NCBI GenBank assembly: GCA_028534125.1 | Contig: CM052833.1 | Location: forward strand, 18,538,001 to 18,602,000 | From: Lama glama | Taxonomy: Eukaryota | DNA length: 64,000 nucleotides | Direction: 5' to 3' | In this document: piece by piece, positions 25,001 through 38,364 of the stretch | How the letters are laid out: each line of letters starts with the position of its first letter | How positions within the stretch are numbered: the stretch's first letter is position 1 | The notes under the pieces: model-generated | Databases searched by the model: none | What the model saw: the letters and a program-made list of their open reading frames with translations, nothing else | What the model was told of the DNA's origin: nothing | Translations under genes and position numbers: made by a program

Positions 25001-25468
25001 TCGGGACGGAAAATGCCAGCTGAGAGCCAACTGAGGAAAACGGGGCTTTGAGAGGAAGACAGAAGGGGGTGGAGCAGAATGAGTCTCCTCTTGCGGATCT
25101 GGACTGTTACCAGCTTTCTGAGAAAAATGACCGTCGCTGACACGTCACCTCTGACACATGCAACCAGATGTGACCCCTGTAACGGGAGGTGTGGCCACGA
25201 CACGGACAGAAATGAGACGTGCATCTGCGTTTTCTCTCTCTATTTTTCGACAGGCTCTGATGTCAACTGGAAAGCGAGAACCAGCGAGAATAAGAAATTT
25301 GGCTTCTTGAAAGAGTTTTTGGAAAAGTCCGCCTAATATTTTAAATTTGTGTCGTTCTCTCATCGTCCGATCTATAGAACAGGGAAAAGGCAGATGGCGG
25401 GAACAGGGCTCTGCTTGTCTAGTCTACGGAGCGGAGGGCCACACGCCAATCAGTAAAACAGCAAATAC

Positions 25469-25567
25469 CTTTGCAGCTCTGATTAAGTACTGCAGAATAG
25501 TTTTGGGAAGTTTAATGACAGACTTGGGCAAGGCTAAAATGGCTGACGCAAACTTCCCAATAGCTCT
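25469..25567 (-). CDS. PIEZO2: PIEZO2 alternative exon E35 (99 nt)
   Basis: ttgtag|AGAGCT...GCAAAG|gtattt; phase 0-0; RAIGKFASAILALPKSVIKLPKTILQYLIRAAK. Confidence 0.93.
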
Positions 25568-26795
25568 CTACAAAGAAGGACAAAGCAAGAGTCATTAGTT
25601 GAAGAAAACCAGAAACGGATCATTTAATACACTGATGTCACTATGAGTTTGTCTACAGTCATCAGCGACCAGGTTAAAATGGCTGCTGGTGAACCTGGAA
25701 TAAAACGGCTCTGCTCGTCGGCGGAGAGTGAAGAAAGCTGTCCGTCGTTCACGCAACCTGCAAAAAACGGTCCAGGCGGCACCGGCCTCTCCTTGGCTGC
25801 GTGATGAGGGATGATTAGAAGAAAACCCATTGGAATCAAAATAAACAAGTTTAGTCATTAGTGTTCGACAAGCCAGCTGCACACGTGCACACAGACGCAG
25901 AGACAGACACGGGGCCGGGGACAAGCGTCAGAGCAAGGTGTCCCCGGGGGCAACCTGGCCCTCCGGCCTCACTGGGAAGACAGGGGAGGGTGGCTCCCAC
26001 CGGCTGGAGCAGACCCGGCCAGCACACTGACAACGGCCTTTCCATACACACATCACGTGTCTTGGCGGATGTCCCGCCGTGTGCCCTGTGCAGTCACTAA
26101 TGGGACGTGACAGTCCCCTATGTGTCCCTTTGTAAAAGGGATCTACATCAGGTGTTCCCCACGTGTGTAACTCTGCTGACGAATCAGCGCTTGCACAAGC
26201 ACTGACGGTCCAGCCTCCGGGCACACGGGACACTGGGCTGCTGGGCTCTGTCACTGAGAACGACACAGAGCAGGTTCTGAAAAAGAGGCAGTTACTCCGA
26301 GAGTCTCAGAACGGTGCTGGATGTTTTCATGACTTCTAACCACGTCTTAAATCTTTAGCAAATACAGACAACTGATCTGCAAAATCGGAGGCGACATCTA
26401 GCGACCACTGGTTTTCTAAACAAAAGCAAGTATTTTACTTTCATGGTCGTCTGCCTCGCAGATGGAACCCTAGTCCACTCAAGCAGCCCAAAGCAAAACA
26501 GAGGCCCCCCGAGGAAGCCCTGTGTTTGTTTAGAGCATCAGAACACCCGGTGACGTGCGTGAATGTGGTCCGGGCTGGACACCCTCCTGCAGGAAGTCCT
26601 CCGGCCACGACGGCAACGTGAGAGCAAGCGGGGACAGGCCCGGGGGACGCGCGGTCTCAGAAGGGACTGACAAGCCTCCGGGAGACACAACACATGAGCC
26701 GAGCCGGGCAGAAGGCGCCCAGGCCAGCAACTGCGTCTGTCGGGAAGAAGCACACTCCGGGGGAAAGGCCGTGATCTCCGCGTCGCCACGGTTAC

Positions 26796-26902
26796 CTGGA
26801 AAGCGGACCTTCTGGGAGGCTCCTCCTCTTCTCTCTTCAGCTCCTCCTCCTCCTCCTCTTCGCTATCCGTTTCAAACAAATAATAATCTCCACTCCTGAC
26901 CA
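26796..26902 (-). CDS. PIEZO2: PIEZO2 exon ~34 (107 nt; latch)
   Basis: gcttag|TGGTCA...TTCCAG|gtaacc; MVRSGDYYLFETDSEEEEEEELKREEEEPPRRSAFQ. Confidence 0.97.
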
Positions 26903-29900
26903 CTAAGCAAAACAAAATATTTACTTACTTCTTGGAAGAGACAGAAGACAGCTGGGGGCTTATTATCTTAACGATATGCCCTCCCTCCCCCAAAGACACA
27001 CAGATTATTCATCAAAGGACCAAGGACCACAGGAAGAGACAGGAGGAGGAGGCAGGAGGTGAAGGGGCTCGCTCCGGCTGTGCCACGAGGGGCTGGCGGG
27101 ACGGGGGCTGCACAGCCCAGGCCTGGTCTCTGCCTCGGGGAGGGGGGCGGGGGGAGCTGGCCAGGGCTGGGTTCAGCCAGCATTTCTTCCTCCTTCATGT
27201 CAATTTATCACAGATGCATCAGATCCACTCTGCAGCAGCTGACTTTGTGACTGAGATGGCCAAAATAACGGAAAACTCTCATCGGGTCACGATTCAGCAA
27301 TTTGGGTCCTCTAGACAAAGCCAAAGCAAAGCAGTGGCTCTGGTGCTATCTGAGGGTCCAAAGGGCTGAAGCACAGCCAGGCGGGACGGTTCAGGGCCAA
27401 GAACCAGCGTCCCCAGCCTTCCACCTCACTGTCCACTGGGCAGGCTCGGATGACAAGACACTGGGACGAGATCTGTTTAAAGAATCACAGGTGGTCACAA
27501 GGAGGAGATGGGCGGGGGGGCATCAAAAACAGAGAGACCACCGCAAAAACACCACCACCACACTCTGGCTGCTCCTCCCCGCAGGACGGGACGGACAGAG
27601 GCACGGTGGACGCAGTCCACGCGGTTTATGCTGGGTGGCTCTGGTCAGCCGAGAGCGAGGTCCCCAGGCTTCCCGACGTTGGAGGAGACAGCACTGACTG
27701 TCAGACACAAAGCACAAGGCGTGCGGGTCGTCCTGGCCTCTCCCACATTTTCCCTGCCAGGACATACTGCACTGGGAGCAGAGAAAGCTCAAGAGCCCCG
27801 AGAGCTGAGGGAACTCGAGAATCGAATCTTTCTCAGTTTGATCACTATTTAGGCTGATCAGAGAAAAGGGACCCAGCGTGTCTTCTGCGATGCTACTGTC
27901 ATTGCAGGAAAACATATTCCCGGGTTCAAGTTACATCCGCCTTTCCAAATGCGGGGGGGCTTTTGGAGGACACGACCCGAGGTCTTTAGTCATTTTGGGG
28001 ACTCATCCATTGTAAGGTAACGGGGAACCCTGGCTTGTGTAAAGTCAGTTGCCTGAATATCACTAAACACGGTCAAAAGGGAAAACATTTTGCACATGAC
28101 TTCAGATGTATCTGAAGCCTCCGTCCGTGAAGACGCAGAGCGAATGAATTGGGCCTTATATCCTTGAACAGAAGCCCTGTCATTTGTTACTCGTCTTTTG
28201 AAGAACCCGGCCAGAGGGCTGGGTCCAGGCCGGAGCAAACAGGTGCAGTACAACGTAAGAGAAAGCAGGAGCCACCCAAAGCCACAGCACGACGTCTGGC
28301 GGCGAGGACGGCCTTTAAAGTGACGCTTCGGATAAGCTCAGAGATCTGCAGGGAAGTCACGCAGACTTCAGGGCACGTGGTCATTTGGTAAAAATGGAGA
28401 CTTCCCGGGTTGAACATTTTACCCTCATTATAGGCTCTTCAGTCAACAAGAGCTTGAAGTGTATTCAATCATACCTTCTCTAACTTTTTTTTCATGTGGA
28501 CACCGAGTCCAAGCAGTTTTCATCATGAGCAGTCATATGTTGGTTTTATCATTTAAAAAATGCTGCCAATTTGTATGTGACACACGGAATTAATGTATTA
28601 AAAAAAAAGAAGGAAATGCTTAAAATAAGGTCTCCTAGTCCTTTGTAAAATATGGCTGAAATGAAACTAGGACATGAATGGAGAGTATTTTCTGAAGTTC
28701 CCTCTGCTCATCACAAGGAGAGAAGTTCTTACATGCATGTTTGTTACAAGGACCAGCCGGCATCCGTCCACAGGACGCCGACACTGACGCTGAGCGGGAC
28801 CGTGGCTCTTCAGATCCCACCACCTGCATCCCAGAAACTCAGCCCTTTAGCTCAGCTATTTGACAGCGAAGTGATGGGGCACCAAGTTAGGTGACACTGA
28901 AGTGATGGAAGGTACGATTGAACAGCAATAATGCGATCGTCTGTGTGCACACAGATGTGGAAGAGGGGGGCCTGCCACCTGCAGGCCACGTTCAGATCGC
29001 GAGTGCTCACCAGCAACAGGGACAGAGCAGCGACGCCATCGCGTCGTCAGCAGGCTTACGCACGGGGGTGCCAACTACTCACTCTTACGCTCGGCACCTC
29101 TGAGAAACACCTCTGTCAGAGCCCATGACACAAGGGGTCAGAAAAAGGGCTTTCAACCAAGGGCTTCCGGATCTAAAGACAAGGTTTGGAACTCGTCAGT
29201 CTACAAAATAAATCACAGGTCAGTTCCTCTCCTTTCCTTACCAGCTTGTCAAAATAATGTTTTGTAGGAAAAATTTAATGCCACGGTGAGACTCTGATTC
29301 CAAACTATGCATCACACACATCCCTGCATTATTGCACCGGGAGGTGCTGTAACCAGGCACGTGGAGCTCACTACCAGGCTTCCAGAACCTGACATAATGA
29401 GGGTGAAATGATCGGGAAATCTACAGTCAGTAACCTTCACGGGAAGTTCTTTCAAGGATAACCAACTTGTAAGGGGACGATCAAAGACCATATCCAGTTC
29501 CTTCCAAGATGCAACCTTCAGCTGAGAAAAGGCGAGAACCACCAAGACTGAGGTGGGGATTTACACCGAGGGAACGGACAAGTCATTCACTATGACCCCA
29601 TCTCGCAACGGACAGGTCTCTCTAAACCGGCAAAGGGCCCTTTAAAAACAGAAGGATGGGCACAGTTTCCTTGTGACTTGATAGGAGCAGACACGTGGTG
29701 TTGCACTAGGGGACCACGGCCAGGCCAGCAAGCCGGTGGGAGGCAATCAGAGCCAGACAGAATGTCCAACTGCATCCTGATCTTTTGACTTGAGCAGCGG
29801 ATGAAATGCAGCTCTTCATGAGGCATGCATTTTTTTAATGCCGTAATGCTAAAATTCAACATTTGGGGTTGAACTTGACGACATCCAGGCATACTGAGCA

Positions 29901-30805
29901 AATTTTGATGAGCAAGTTCCTGAAACTGGCTTGCTGATTTTAGAAAACGATCTCTTGGGTGACAGGCCAGACTGGAGCGCATCACCCCATGGCAACAGCA
30001 TTGCAACAGACAGCGGGCTCTCCTTTGCCACGCAGAACAAGGACACCCCCGAGTTCCGCATCTCCTCCATCTTTTCCTGCGACGGAGGAGGGTGCACGAC
30101 TTCACGCGGCTATCACGCTCTGCTTTTCCAGAGCTGTCTTTGGACTTTGCTCTGAACTGGTCATGGCTGAGCTGCAGGGGCCTGCGAGGCCCTGCCCCAC
30201 GTGGGGCATCAGATCTGGAGTGTAGTTTTACAGCTTTCTTGAAACTGAGGAGGAGGCAGTGAGAAAGTCAATGCGTTTTAAGGCATCCTCATCCTTAAGG
30301 TTAACACCTTGCCAAGAAACATTACATGCAAGTGAAACTAAAGCTCTGGGAACGAGGGGAGGGGAGGCTCCTCGGCACCACGCCCAGTGCCTCACAAAGA
30401 GGGTCACAGGCACCTCGAACACAGTGATGCTCTGACGTCAGAGCCCCGGGCGGAGCTGAGGCTCGTTTTTCATCTGGGTTTTTAGCCACGGAACAAGCAC
30501 ATGTCACGGAGCCCTAGACCTCAGCCCTGGGTAACAGAGAAGTCAGCTCCTCTCCCCTCTCTGAGCCCATGGATGCTGCCGGGGGCTTTCTCCAGCTGGC
30601 GCGGCGATCCGCTGGTGGCTCCACCAGACTCCGCTGTCGGGCTCAGACACCCACAGGGATCACACTTTTCCTACGCTCTGACCCCCTATCAAGTCACAAG
30701 GCTCAAACCATGCATGGGACACACAGGTCACGGGGACGCCTGAATTCTGGTCAAGGATATAAGGGTTAGAACTGACGAAATTGTAAGAGGATCAAGGAAA
30801 CCTAC

Positions 30806-30877
30806 TGGAAGCATGGTCAACCCAAGGCCGCCACCACTGCTTTTTTTTGCCCTTGGTTTTCTGTTTGTCTGCTTCTC
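30806..30877 (-). CDS. PIEZO2: PIEZO2 alternative exon E33 (72 nt; lateral plug)
   Basis: ttttag|GAGAAG...TTCCA|gtaggt; phase 1-1; READKQKTKGKKKQWWRPWVDHAS. Confidence 0.95.
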
Positions 30878-31905
30878 CTAAAATAAAATACGTCCAAACA
30901 TTAATTCGTGTAAAGTCAGAAAACAAACTTTGAAAACCACTCTTTTAACAACTCAAATTGTCAAGCTCTAGACAAGCTGCGAAAATACATCAGAGGTCAG
31001 GAAACTACACGGACTCTGAAGCGTTCCCGCGGAGCGCGGTCGGTTTCACGAGGTAAGTATGACGGACTCTAAGGACATTATGCCACATTTTCACTTCCTT
31101 CTCAGTAGCTGAGGGCGTGTAAAGAAATACAATAAAGAGGGCTTATCTGTCAAAAATGCATCTCACCTTGAAATTTCCATGGAACTAACAGAAAAGAAAC
31201 ATCACCCATATATTACAGAACAATTTAGTGGCAAATAATTGGTTAATACGCATACATTGCAATAACTGGAGATTTTTCTTGTGATTATTTTAATGCATGG
31301 CTGGGAAAATATAAATTTAATGTCAATGAACAGACATCATGTACCGGGGAGATACTGCACATTATTTCTCCATCCCCTTCAAGTAGGAAAGCATGCAAAT
31401 AACTTTAAAAAGACCTTTAAACTAAACTGGATATAACAAATCTATAATTTGATATAATAAATCCGTATTTCATCTTAAGTTTCATTGGAACAGACCACAA
31501 TAGAATGTTATTTTAACTACTATTACTCAGATGCCTATGTATTTCTTTTCTGTGTAACATTCACAGAAACCAACCATCTTAAACACCTTCCCTAAAGGCA
31601 CACACGCAGTGAAGTCACGCGCGTCGTCTTCAGCAGCACACGGCTGTGAAACGGAAGCAGGCTGTCTGCTGACTAAAGTCATCCTGCTGAAGGCGAGATG
31701 CTCGTGAAGTCATGGATTCATCAAACATGTGCTTCACGAAATAAATGCATCCCGTTCACCATGGGGAACGTATAACTTGCTGAGCTAAAGAGACACATTG
31801 ATAAAATTGGCAGAACAAAAAGCAACGCCATCTGACAGCCCTGCCCAGTGCCCCGCTAAGACTCAACGCCAAGCACGCGAGGAAGAAGGAAGAGCCTCCA
31901 CATAC

Positions 31906-32027
31906 TTTCGTCGTCCTCTTCAGAGAGTTTCTGCACATCCTGGCCGTCCCCTGGCTCCTGGGTCAAGCTCAGCATCCTCTCCTTACCCTTTTTGTACTTC
32001 TGCTGCCTGGCCTTGATGCGATCCATC
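31906..32027 (-). CDS. PIEZO2: PIEZO2 exon ~32 (122 nt)
   Basis: gtgcag|GATGGAT...CGAAA|gtatgt; MDRIKARQQKYKKGKERMLSLTQEPGDGQDVQKLSEEDDE. Confidence 0.96.
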
Positions 32028-33920
32028 CTGCACAACAGAACAGCAGCAGAAAGCCGAGAACACCCGCGGTCACCCACACGCTTCCACGCAAGCAGCTAGA
32101 ACCGCAGGCAAGGCGGCCAACGCCTGGGACTTGTGGACAGTTACTCGTTAGCAACAAGTGTCCCCCTGCTTCCTTATGTCCATGTTCTCTGCACTGCATA
32201 GACGCCAGCTTAATAATGCAATCAATAGTGATTATGCTTAGGTTGGATGTGCAACATTTTACGTCCACCTACACCTTGTACCCAAGCCATTCTGCACACA
32301 GCATGTTATGAGATGTAAATCCTTTATTCTCCCAGGTTTTGCACTAACTGTCTACCTCACAAAGCTGTTGTGAAGATCGAGGGAAAAGATGTATGTGTGT
32401 GAGAATTGTTTTGTAAACAGCAAGTTGCTCCTCAGATGTTCAAGAGTATTTTATCAGGTCTTGTGACTTCTCTATGTCAAATCGAATCTCTTACTGGATC
32501 TGGAAAAATGCACTATTGCAGGTTTTGTTTACTCAGAAACCGCAACGCTGGACTTGACCTCCCAGACCTGCCCCCTTGAAATGTTTCACTCTTAATTTAG
32601 TTTCTTAACATTCTGGATATAACGCTCAAGTTTTTCAACTGACTTAAGTGGCATTTCTGCTTTGTGCAGCTTCAACGACATTTTTCAGCCTGCCTTCTGC
32701 AATGATCATCGCCTTCATTCTTTGTTATTCTGACCTCTCATCGGAGAGGACGCATTCTCCAACAAATAGGGAAATCCAGTGAAGTAAATTGTGGCAACGG
32801 GCCTCGCTTGTGGGAAATTAGGAACACAGTCTAAATGCGGGTCCAAATCTGTTACTTCTGCAGCCGGGAACAGCACTAGCAACAGCTACACCACATTGTG
32901 TTTTCATCACATACGTTTATGCGGCTCGTAGCTCTGTGCTGATAGGCACGGGGTAGGGCAGTGCACACTGGCAAATGCTCCTGCACAGGGAAGGAGCTGG
33001 GGAACGAGCCTGGGTAGAAGGAAGCTGTCTTAGCAAACTCAGGGAGCTCCCGGGGGCTGACGGTGCCTCTGTTCTCCTGGAGAAAGCAGCTCAGTTTTGA
33101 ATTCTATGGCCGTCAGCTCTTCAACCCACCCCTACACCCAGGAGGTGCTCCCAATCTTCAGAAGTTCCACTTACTGCTAGAAAGTCCACTCTAGGAAAAT
33201 AATTGTTTTCTGTGGGCTAATTAAACACGAAAAGAAAGAAACAACTCCCAGCTCTCCGGGGTGGAGTCCATTTCTTGGCTTGCCCAGGGCGGCGCGCGAG
33301 GAGGCCTTCACCTGGACACAGGGAAGCAGCAGGAGCGTTTCTAGTGCTGCGTCTAGCTGGTTACAGATTGTGTGGTGGTTTTTTTTTTTTCAGTTTTGGA
33401 TTTTAAGTCACCCAGAATAGAGGTCATCGGTTTCTTCCCAAACAGACTGGATCATTTTATCTCTAAAGAGCCTTGCAAAGCGAGGACTCTGCGTTTGTTC
33501 CCTTAGCCCCTAGAGCTAACGGACATTCCCCCAAGTGAGTGTCACTGGGACAGGCCCTGCCTCGCTCACTAACTCATTTACTCTTTACAAATACCCAAAT
33601 GGAACCGTGAGCCCTAGCTGAACACAGGACACTGGGATCCAGAGAATTCCAGAGACCTGCTCCAGGCTCCGGAGCAGAGAGTGAACTCGGACCTGACGCT
33701 GGTCTCGGCCACGGCGGCTCCCCTCCCCTCCCCCTCTCTGTCCTTTACACCGTTACACTTCAGTCCAGGCCAGGAGCCACTGCCCCTCGCAGGGCAAACG
33801 CCTGGGCAGGAGTGAAAGTTACACGGACAGACGGGTTCTTCAGGGGGCGGGGCGCCCTGGGAGCTGCGATGTGGAGGGAGGGGACCAGGCAAACCCACAA
33901 TAACACGAAAGCGTCCTTAC

Positions 33921-34010
33921 TGCCTCTTCAGCTGGTCCATTGACCTTTTCTCTTCCTCGATTCTTGCCTTGACAGCCTTTACGATCGTGGCCTGGAAAAG
34001 TTCAGCCCCT
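33921..34010 (-). CDS. PIEZO2: PIEZO2 exon ~31 (90 nt; beam helix)
   Basis: ctttag|AGGGGC...GAGGCA|gtaagg; GAELFQATIVKAVKARIEEEKRSMDQLKRQ. Confidence 0.96.
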
Positions 34011-37000
34011 CTAAAGGAAATTCAGAAACACAGAATAAATGAACACTTTTATCATCGTTACCCACCCTCCCTGAAAACGGTTACGAAGGGTTAGGAAAGA
34101 TTTCTTCTGGGGCAGCTGGCTGGAGCCTCTGGGCTGGAGTGGGCGTCACACAGCCCAGTCTAGAAGCTCCTTCCCAGGGGATGGACAGGGCACAGCCTGC
34201 AGCCTCCTGGGGGAGGGAAGGAGGGCGCTGTGCACGCCGCTGGGGGCCATTAAAGGGAAAACAGTGTGTGTTTTCTGAGACTTTCAAGGGCTCTCCAAGC
34301 CTGTCCCCCAGCAAGCGGTCCTCATCATAACAGGAGGGGACGTTTTTAGGAGTGAGTTCAGGTTCGTTTTCCACTCCATCAGCAGGATAGGGCTGGAGGG
34401 GCTGGGGCATCCCCACAGCAAGTGCAGTGGGGTGCGCGGTCCAGCCTCTGGGCTTCTCTTCCCTCTGTCCTTCCGTTCCTCCTGTTCGGTCAATGTCAGG
34501 TCCCAATGGAGCACATCGGCCCCTCACCATCCTCAACTCTGCCCCAGTGCCGTCCTGTCCCCTCTGCTTGGCAGACCCCAAGTCTGCAGGAAACCAGTGG
34601 GGTGCCAGCCCCGTGCTGGGTGGTGAGGGGCTGGTGTCAGGGGCACAGAAATTCAGGGCTCTGGGAGGATGGTCCTGAGCCCCCACCCGCACTCCCCGGA
34701 CACTCTCCTGCTGTTCTCAAGTGGCTACTTCAGACTGCTTACACTTTCCTCAAATCTAGAATATTCTGTTGAGGGCTTTTCATGCCTGGGACATGACACA
34801 GCTTCCCACTTCCCAAAAAGAACACAGTCACGGGGTGATGCCCTTTCCTGAGGTGACAGTGACATGGAAGAGGTGACACTCCGCTGTCCACGGCCTGCCT
34901 GAGGGACCCCGCCCCCCGCCTGTCCTTTATCCCTCCCTGCACCTCGACCTTCCCACCATGACTGAATCCTGCCCGTAAGCATGCCGACAGGCTCCGATCT
35001 TGCTAATCTTGGAGAAAGAACCACGCACGCCCCACGGTTTCCCAGGCACAGCGTCACGTCACTGGCCCTGCAGCCGGACTCCTTGCAGGCACCGTCCACC
35101 AGCCTTTCCCTTCCGCCTCCACTCACTGGTATTTGGCTCTGACCCCACCTGTCGAGGCCACTGATTTCAGTGCTCAGGGTTCAGTCTTGTCTTTGAGTAT
35201 CTTGTCTCCTGAACGTCCATCCGCTGTGAAGAGCACCCCCCGGGTCCCACGCTTTCCCGGGTTCCCGCTCTCCTTTCCAGCTCAGTTCCCACCTTCTCCG
35301 CGGCCCTGCCCTCAGCCCAGCTCTTACATGTGAAGCCCCAGGGTCCTCTTCTCACCTTCACACTCTCCCCAGGCAGCTGCGGCCACTGCCCTGCCCCAAC
35401 ACCGTCCATGTCACATGACACTCAAGTCTGTCCACATCTCCAGATCCATCCACTCCGCTGCCCGCTGGCTTCCAGCGGGCTGACGTCACAAGCTCACGAG
35501 ACCCAGGACCCCGCAGTCGTGGCCCGTCCTCCCTCCCGGCGAGAGCTCACAGACCCCCGTCCCTCTGGGGTCGGCACCACCACCGGCTAGAGCCAGAATC
35601 CTGGGCACAGCGCCCCTGTGCAGGCTCTGTGAGGGAGGGCAGTACCCCCTCCCCCGATAACAGAGGAGGCAGTGAACATACATGGATGAATGATGCCTAC
35701 TCTTGGGAAATGCTGCTGTGAGTTCAATGCTTACGAAGTCATGGCTTTTCTCTGACAAGCATGAGCTGTACTCTGGACCAAAGCCTCCCGTTTCTACAAC
35801 ACGAGGAATATGTTTTCTGAGTATTTGTGAGAACTTTGAGAGAAAGACCCTGGCTCACTATTATATCCTGGTGGTCTAAGGACCGAATTTTAGAGAAAGG
35901 CATTTTGGAAAAAGACGCATTTACCAGCAGAAGTACCGGCTGCTGCCACATGCAGGTAGATACGGTGACTAGCGGCTCGAGAGCTTCCAAAATGATGTCC
36001 CGGGCACCAGAAAAACAGCTCTACCGGTAAATTCCTGGGCCAGTACCGGCCCTCAAGGAAGTCAGAGTACATCGTGAGGACTGAGGGGCAGCAAGGTCCT
36101 CAGATTACACAACTGGGTCTCTTTTGTTTGGCTCCAAGTCGGTAACAAGGGCTGGGCGTCTTCCCCCTTGAAATGCACCTCTGAAACTAACATTCTGCTT
36201 ATCCTGGCAGGAGAAGGCCTGGGCCCTAGGAACACTGACGGTGAAACAGAGACGTTTTAGTTTAGGCCGCAAATCAGAGTGACAGACACGGGCAGCTCAC
36301 ACGATGCAGACCAGTGTCCACCAGGCTGCGGGGCACCACCGTCCGACGGGGCCCAGCCAAGGCCCGGGTCTGAGCCGGGCACGCTCTCCAGGACCCCGTG
36401 CTGCCTCTGCCCCATCTCAGCGACACCCTCTCTGATCCCTAGCTCTCTTCCCGGTCCTTCCCCCAACCCTCTCAGATTAGGGGCAGAAAATGGAAAACGG
36501 GCAGAATCTAAGGAGAAGGTGATAATCAAATGGTGCCAGTGACCTGGAGAACAGAAAAGTCAGGTTGTTGGGCAGAGACCGGAGGACGGGCCGACGGGAA
36601 GAGGCTGGAGCAACACTCTCCTCCGTCTACCACCTGAAAGTACTAGACGGCATGTTTCTCTCTTTCCAGGAGTTTCTCCTTAACGTGGAGGCAAGGAGGG
36701 GGAAGATGGACCAGCCTCCAGACCACCGTGGCCCAGGTCCCTGTTCTGACAGAGGCCAGAAGGAGCTGCCCTGGGGGCGAGCTAGACTGAAGGGGCGCAG
36801 GGCACCAGCCAGTCCCTGACTTTCCAGGGTGTCCAGCCCCCGTTGGGCACAACTCCACTCCCGAGACTGACTTACTTTTCTTCTATTTTAGACCCTGGAG
36901 GCCTTGGGCTACAGCCTCCTGGGTCAGCTTCCTTGGAAGGCATTTCTCAATTTCCCGTGGTTCTACAAGCAAGCTCAGACCCCAGGCATGGCACAGCATC

Positions 37001-37039
37001 CCTTCCAGACAGAACAGCTGACCCCACGGCCTGACCCAC

Positions 37040-37199
37040 CTTGATGCCAGGATCTGAGAGGCTTTTATGTCCGCCACGACGTGCAGGAAATAGTAGCTCA
37101 TGAAGACTCTTCTCTGCAGCAGGAGGAAGGCAAAGCATATGCTGTCCCAGATGATCCCTGCTTCCCCGCTGGGCAGTTTGCACGAGGAGTCATCGTCCG
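37040..37199 (-). CDS. PIEZO2: PIEZO2 exon ~30 (160 nt)
   Basis: ctccag|CGGACG...ATCAAG|gtgggt; PDDDSSCKLPSGEAGIIWDSICFAFLLLQRRVFMSYYFLHVVADIKASQILASR. Confidence 0.96.
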
Positions 37200-38267
37200 C
37201 TGGAGCAAAGGAAAAAAATTGAAGTGAGCATCCATTTCTTTGCGATTTTATAAAGTCTGCAGCACGTCAGACTTGGGAGGTCACACAGGCCTAAGAGTCA
37301 CCCTAGGGCACATCGACTCCCTTGTGAGTGGATTTATTGACCATCAAGGGCTCACATTCCAAATCCAAGCCCAGTGCCGATTCAGAAGGCTGACCGCGAA
37401 GTGAGCTCTTGGAGACGTACGGTGCAGGAGGCTGCTGTCCCAGGAGGGCACCTGAGTACTCCTCTCTCTTTGGGAGAAAGGGACCCTCATCCCCTCAACG
37501 AGGAAGGCTACGGAGAAGTAGTGCCTACGTCCCAAGGCCTGAGGAAATCTCTGGTCCAAAAGACACTTCCGTTGTGGGGAGGGGCTGCACCCCGGGCAGG
37601 GCTGCTACGCTCTACGCTGTTCATCTCCTCATATAGTAAGGAGGGAAAGGGGGCAACAGCACATCTGACCCCAAGTCAAAGCAGATTCCAGCAACTCTTC
37701 ACAGGAAGGCAGCGCTGGGAGAGCGCCAAGTTCAAGCGGCCCACCCGCGTGGCGCTGTCCAGGGTCCTGGCGCAGGAGGCAGAGGGGAGGAAATGGGGCT
37801 CCCTTCTCTGTCCTGGGGTGGGCGAGGTGGGGAGTCTAGCTCCAGAAACTCTGCTGTTCCTCCCAACCGTCCTCCCCCCGAGCTGGAGGGTCTCTGAGCT
37901 CCCGGCAGGGAGGAGGGTCTGGAGCGGAGCTACTTTGATGGCCAGGAACACAACCATGGGGACTCACGGGCACCTGTGACCCTTCCTACTGTAACTCAGG
38001 GAAGTTCAAGTAGTAGCCACAGGCCACACACGACCCCCAGACCTGTTGTGGGAGGAGGGGGACCGGAAGTCTGTAAAGATGGCCAGTGCCCGGAGGGGGC
38101 GCATCCTGCCACGGACGGACAACAGGCTCCCAGCGCAGCACCAGCCTACAGCGGCCTTAGACAGTGGACGGAACTGGGAGTTGCGCTTTGAGCCGGTGTT
38201 TACATTCGAAGGACCAGCTGCCCTGCCTTCTCTGTCTCCCGTCCCCAAACTCGCTTCTCGTACTCAC

Positions 38268-38364
38268 GCATGTGGTAGCCCTTGACTGTGCAGGCCAGGC
38301 TGAAGGCTTGGATGAACCAGCAGCTATTCTGAACCAATTTCTCAATATAGCCGCAAGCGCCTAT
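38268..38364 (-). CDS. PIEZO2: PIEZO2 exon ~29 (97 nt)
   Basis: tttcag|ATAGGC...CATGC|gtgagt; IGACGYIEKLVQNSCWFIQAFSLACTVKGYHM. Confidence 0.96.

Noticed and set aside
6193-36187. 14-mer tgcacctctgaaac repeated at about 6194 and 36174
   Set aside because: A few 14-mer matches are expected by chance in 64 kb.
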